From the NCBI GenBank assembly GCA_030827475.1, contig JAUREJ010000009.1:1-60086 (forward strand): a DNA stretch of 60,086 nt, read 5' to 3'. The DNA comes from Poseidonia sp. GTDB lineage: Archaea > Thermoplasmatota > Poseidoniia > Poseidoniales > Poseidoniaceae. The notes under the pieces are model-generated. The model did no database searches and was not told where the DNA came from. It saw nothing but the letters and a program-made list of their open reading frames with translations. Positions 55,823 through 60,086 of this stretch are shown in pieces. The number at the start of each line of letters is the position of its first letter. The first letter of the stretch is position 1. A program made the position numbers and the translations under genes.

Positions 55823-56590
55823 CTACTCAGAGGCCCAAGGATCTGCACCGTCGCCCCAACTCTCCTGCGGGGCGTCTTCTTCAGCAGAGGCTTCAGGTTC
55901 TTCGGCAGGTGCTTCTTCAGCAACGGGAGCTTCCTCGACAGGCTCGCTTGGCTCCTCAATGACCTCAACAGCAGCGGTGGATGCTTCGGCCTCAGCGGCT
56001 TGGGCTTCTTCAGCGGCTTGTTCTTCCGAACGGGCTTGCACCATCTCCTCCATACGCTCGGTGAACACACGGGACATGTGTTGGGATTTGCGTTCGGATT
56101 CAACCGCACGTTCGATCATTTCGTAGCGTTCCTTGATGGCCTTGTTCAAGTCTTCGAAAATCTGCATGTGGGCGACGTACCAGTCGTCCCTGGCCTTCAT
56201 TTCCGTCACGGCGAGGCGCAGGTCGTTGTCAAGTTCCTCAGCGATACCGAAGACCTTGCCCAAGCGCTCTTTTTCACGGGAGTATTTCTCCTCCATCTTC
56301 TCGAGTTCCGGTTCGAGGTGCTCCACGCGCTTGGAGGACTTCGTGGCTCGCATCTCAAGTTCACGGGCTCGAACGTCCTTTTCGGCGATGATGGATTCGA
56401 GCGATTCTTTTTCGATCTCACGATCGATGATTTCCTTTTCCAAGACCTCGATTTCCGCCTTGGCGTCAACGAGTTCTTTTTCCTGAGTTTCGTAGGCAGC
56501 AAACAACTTCTGCAGACGGTCGGTCTCGGTCGCCAACGCTTCTTCAAGTTCCTTGATTCGCACTTCAGGCGTGATGGTTCCTTCCGACAT
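55823..56590 (-). CDS. Long coiled-coil protein with acidic disordered tail
   Basis: About 190 residues of E/K-rich heptads, an E/A/P-rich tail, and the end WGDGADPWASE. Confidence 0.75.
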   Translation of the reverse strand: MSEGTITPEVRIKELEEALATETDRLQKLFAAYETQEKELVDAKAEIEVLEKEIIDREIEKESLESIIAEKDVRARELEMRATKSSKRVEHLEPELEKMEEKYSREKERLGKVFGIAEELDNDLRLAVTEMKARDDWYVAHMQIFEDLNKAIKERYEMIERAVESERKSQHMSRVFTERMEEMVQARSEEQAAEEAQAAEAEASTAAVEVIEEPSEPVEEAPVAEEAPAEEPEASAEEDAPQESWGDGADPWASE

Positions 56591-56690
56591 GCGTTCACCC
56601 GGAGGTCAAGCCTCCACATTAGGCGAGTCCCCTCCTCCCTATCAAGCCGACGCTCCAAAGAGCACCGATTCGGCGGACATGACGGACGCT

Positions 56691-57653
56691 TCACCGAAGG
56701 GCATCGGTCGCAGCGACCAACTCTCGTGCAATGCTGACCTCGCCCATGGAGTGCCCTGCATCGGGGACGATGATGAGTTGGCTGTGAGGCATGGCTTGGT
56801 GAAGTTCCCATGCGCTGCGGGTCGGGCAGACCACGTCGTAACGTCCCTGGACGATGATCGTAGGGATGTGTTGGATACGGTCGATGCGGTTGAGGATGTG
56901 GGCCTCCTCAACGAAAATGGCGTTGATGAAGTAGTGGCATTCAATCCGGGCAAACGCCACTGCAAAATCCAAATCTTCGGCTTTATCGAGGTACTCTGGG
57001 TCGGGAAACAGTCGACTGGTCGCCATTTCCCAGCGGGTCCACTCCTTCGCTGCTGCTCGGCGAACCTCAACGTCGTCGCTGGTCAAGCGCTTGTAATAGG
57101 CTTGAATCAAATGGCCTCGCTCGTCTTCGGGAATGTGATTGCGGTAGGGCTCAAAGGCGTCGGGGAAGATGTGGCTTGCACCGTCTTGATAGAACCAATG
57201 CAACTCCGAGGTTCGGCACATGAAAATCCCTCGGAGCACCAAACTCAGCACTCTCTCGGGATGGTTTTGTGCATAGATGAGCGACAAGGTTGAGCCCCAA
57301 GATCCACCAAACACATGCCACCGGTCGATTCCAAGGTGTTCCCTCAAGCGCTCCATATCTTGAACGGAGGCTTGAGTGGTGTTGTCCGTGAGTTCCGCAT
57401 ACGGCGTCGATTGACCGCACCCTCGTTGGCTGAACTGGACGATGTTGAAAGCGGTCGGGTCGAAGTATTGCCGGTAGGAAGGTTGAGCCCCGCCCCCCGG
57501 CCCGCCGTGAACCACCAACACGGGGATGCCGTCAGGATTGCCGCTCTGTTCCCAAGCGATGGTGTGGAGGTCCGAAACCGGTAACATGCCCGTTTGAACG
57601 GGCTCGATGGGCGGATAGAGGACATCAGCCAAGGTGGTCGTGGTGTTGAGCAT
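56691..57653 (-). CDS. pip: Proline iminopeptidase (S33)
   Basis: LYPPIEP, HGGPGGG, QRGCG.STP, FGGSWGSTL, QGRYDVVCP, DAGHS. Confidence 0.95.
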   Translation of the reverse strand: MLNTTTTLADVLYPPIEPVQTGMLPVSDLHTIAWEQSGNPDGIPVLVVHGGPGGGAQPSYRQYFDPTAFNIVQFSQRGCGQSTPYAELTDNTTQASVQDMERLREHLGIDRWHVFGGSWGSTLSLIYAQNHPERVLSLVLRGIFMCRTSELHWFYQDGASHIFPDAFEPYRNHIPEDERGHLIQAYYKRLTSDDVEVRRAAAKEWTRWEMATSRLFPDPEYLDKAEDLDFAVAFARIECHYFINAIFVEEAHILNRIDRIQHIPTIIVQGRYDVVCPTRSAWELHQAMPHSQLIIVPDAGHSMGEVSIARELVAATDALR

Positions 57654-57730
57654 GAACCTTCCAGACCGAAGGCGTGCATCTTCCTTTCGCTGTAAACAGG
57701 TTCATGGACGACCGAAGACGGCCCGAGGGC

Positions 57731-58357
57731 ATGGGGCAACGCGACGCGACTGAACTGTTCAGCGAGTGGGCCGATAACGGACGGGACGAGGGCATGGAAC
57801 GCGGCCACACGCCAAGCGTGACCGTCATGCTCGAGCACCTGCTCGAAGGCGTAACAGCCCCGTTCACCGCGATTGATATCGGATGCGGCAACGGGTGGGT
57901 GGTCCGAAAACTCGCAGCACACCCGCTTTGCGAACACGCCTCTGGCGTGGATGGTGCACCCTCGATGATTCAAAAGGCGAGAGAGGTCGACCCGAACGGC
58001 GATTACATCGAAGCGATGTTGCCCGATTGGGGTCCGTCCGAACCGGTGGATTTGGTCCACACCATGGAATGCCTGTATTACCTTCACGAACCCGTTGCCT
58101 TCCTCGGTGAGGTGTACCAACGATGGATGAAACCTGGTGGAAAAATCGTGATCGGGGTCGACCACTACCTCGAAAACCCGTCCAGCCTCGATTGGGGGGT
58201 CTCCCTCCATGTCCACATGACGACCTTGTCCATCGAAGCGTGGATGCAGGGGTTGAGCGATGCTGGGTTCGTTGATGTTCACGCCCAGCAGGTCGGCGCC
58301 AAGGAAGGGTGGAACGGGACGTTGGTGCTCACCGCATCAAAACCCGCAGTCAATTGA
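57731..58357 (+). CDS. Class I SAM-dependent methyltransferase
   Basis: IDIGCGNGW, GVDGAPSMI, MECLYY, MKPGG. Confidence 0.88.
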   Translation: MGQRDATELFSEWADNGRDEGMERGHTPSVTVMLEHLLEGVTAPFTAIDIGCGNGWVVRKLAAHPLCEHASGVDGAPSMIQKAREVDPNGDYIEAMLPDWGPSEPVDLVHTMECLYYLHEPVAFLGEVYQRWMKPGGKIVIGVDHYLENPSSLDWGVSLHVHMTTLSIEAWMQGLSDAGFVDVHAQQVGAKEGWNGTLVLTASKPAVN

Positions 58358-60086
58358 AACCCAACGGTTCACCTTCGGGACCGCAACGACGTAAATCGCC
58401 TCGGTAATATGGACACATCGTGCACGCCTTCGCCCCTGCCTCCAAACGAGGAGGTTCGGCCAAATGGGGGTTGAGGTGAACCGCAGTGCGCCACTTGAGG
58501 TGGTCACGGAGAACGGCTTTTGCAAGGTCAAACCTCGTTTGCGTGAGTTGGACCATGCGCCCGTTTGCTCCCACCAACAAAGCCGGAGGCAAAACCCGAC
58601 GACGATCTTCTTCCGGTTTGGCCGCCTCCATCGCTTCCAAGGCCACTGAATACAGCGTCAGTTGGAGTTCATGCTCCGTCAGGAGTTCCTCCTCTGCATC
58701 CGATTCGGGGAAAAGCGAGAGTTCAGTCGGTGGAACGGCTTGGAGAGGGTGGCCGGAGGCAGCGTCTTGGGCGTTGAAATCCTTCAGACATCCTTTGGTT
58801 TTCAGGTCAACCACCTGGAGCGCTCCTTCGCCGTTGCTGTTGGCGAGCGCCAGCACCAAATCGGCCCGGCCGCTGAAATCCATGTTGACGGCTCGCACGT
58901 CCGAAGGGCCGGTGGTGAGCGGAACCAATTCGCGCATCGTCGCATCGTCCATCGCCAGCCGCTCTCGGTGGAAAAAAGGCAATTCGGTTCGGACGGCCTC
59001 GAGGGTCCACCCGTGAAGTTCTTCGCCTCGCGTCCAACGCCCAAGCACGCCTGCGTCGATGAGGCGACCGAGGTCCAACAAACGGTCTCTCCATCGAGCT
59101 GGGTCCGTGCTTTCGTCCTGCTCAAGGCCGTAACCAAATTCGTTCATCACCCGAGCAACCGTTGTTGAAGAGGCCAAGTCGTCTTCGGATGCATGTTTCC
59201 ACGACGGCCCCAGCGCCGGAGCGCCCTCCACGAACTTCAACGGATTCCGCAACCCGATCTCCATCACTCGGTGCATCATCAACCCGAATTCGGTGGGTTT
59301 GGGCCACGTCCCATCGTGATGCTGCCCCTGCTCTGAAGACGGAAGACGGAAGGGTTCCGGTGTCCAGCCGTTCACGTGTTCAAGCCAATACCTCCGCTGA
59401 CACGCTGAGGTTGAATCCAAATGGTGAGCAGCACCCTGCAGGGTTTCAACCACCTGCAAACGGGGCGGAGATGAGGCGAGCCGGTGGGGCCCTGTCGCCA
59501 GATGGGCCGCCAAATCCCGCGCACGCTGTTGAGCCGAACGGGGGGGTATTGGGTCAAAGCACCTCGGATGATGGTACACCCGAAGACCGCGAACACCGTG
59601 GACGCCCAACGGTGCCTCGTCAAGCAACCGGGCGGGGTCGAGCAAGGTCATGGTTTTCAGGGGCGTAAACACGGGCAGGTCTGCGGCATCAACCTCGGCT
59701 TCGCTCAGCCAAGGAGCGGCACCGTCACCCGCACACCATGACGCTCTGCGCAACCCCTCAACAAGCATCTTGCCCATCGTCCGAGGGTCAGGTTGGAAGC
59801 GAACGGCAAGGGCTCCCGTCTCCTCATCAAAAGTGGACTGCTTGCCGGGAGACCCCGTGATGATGAGCCGGTCCCTCACCCGAGTCAAGGCAACGTAGAA
59901 TTTTCGCCGCAGTTCCGCTTTGTCTTGCGCCTTGTTCATTTCCGTCGCAAACGACCACAGGCCGTCCTCAGGCCGCTCCCGGGCTCGCCAGGGCTGAATC
60001 CGACCCGCAACCACCTGGGGGGTGACGAGCACGTTGTCGGACACCGCCATGCTCGCATCGGCCATGCCTGCGCTGAACAAGCCCGA
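58350..60086 (-). CDS. C-terminal part of a UvrD/AddA-like helicase-nuclease (PD-(D/E)xK, putative Fe-S), partial
   Basis: Helicase motif VI ELRRKFYVALTRVRDRL, nuclease motifs TELPF, GRADL, VDLKT, QLTLY, and Cys in ACQRRY plus CTMCPY...RRC. Confidence 0.88.
   Translation of the reverse strand, partial: SGLFSAGMADASMAVSDNVLVTPQVVAGRIQPWRARERPEDGLWSFATEMNKAQDKAELRRKFYVALTRVRDRLIITGSPGKQSTFDEETGALAVRFQPDPRTMGKMLVEGLRRASWCAGDGAAPWLSEAEVDAADLPVFTPLKTMTLLDPARLLDEAPLGVHGVRGLRVYHHPRCFDPIPPRSAQQRARDLAAHLATGPHRLASSPPRLQVVETLQGAAHHLDSTSACQRRYWLEHVNGWTPEPFRLPSSEQGQHHDGTWPKPTEFGLMMHRVMEIGLRNPLKFVEGAPALGPSWKHASEDDLASSTTVARVMNEFGYGLEQDESTDPARWRDRLLDLGRLIDAGVLGRWTRGEELHGWTLEAVRTELPFFHRERLAMDDATMRELVPLTTGPSDVRAVNMDFSGRADLVLALANSNGEGALQVVDLKTKGCLKDFNAQDAASGHPLQAVPPTELSLFPESDAEEELLTEHELQLTLYSVALEAMEAAKPEEDRRRVLPPALLVGANGRMVQLTQTRFDLAKAVLRDHLKWRTAVHLNPHLAEPPRLEAGAKACTMCPYYRGDLRRCGPEGEPLGFN

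Noticed and set aside
58350-59420. Cas4-like nuclease as a sign of CRISPR
   Set aside because: It is fused to a UvrD helicase, and no array or other cas gene is present.

Overview
A gene-dense, GC-rich archaeal chromosomal segment. Archaeal RadA, archaeal-type PGK, YchF and AK6, the archaeosine radical SAM enzyme RaSEA and an archaeal initiator tRNA sit beside many bacterial-type genes (icd, maeB, rlmH, pabBA/pabC, MMPL) and giant acidic surface proteins. This mix best fits Marine Group II Euryarchaeota (Ca. Poseidoniales), which is an inference and not a database result. The window holds about 51 CDS and 2 tRNAs (Thr-CGT, iMet-CAT). I found no CRISPR array, integrase, transposase or rRNA. 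Most striking: (1) a cbb3-oxidase subunit I (CcoN)-like membrane protein that seems to have lost its heme/Cu histidine ligands and carries a C-terminal EF-hand pair, behind a small membrane protein and a palindromic site; (2) a protein with three tandem histone-fold-like units, abutting a CxxC thioredoxin-like gene missing from the ORF track; (3) a 1153-aa helical-repeat protein ending in a PIN nuclease; (4) two large membrane-anchored surface proteins; (5) a recurring non-canonical TATA-like box, TT(C/G)AA(A/G/C), about 26-30 nt before many starts. All assignments come from motifs read by eye; start codons are best estimates.
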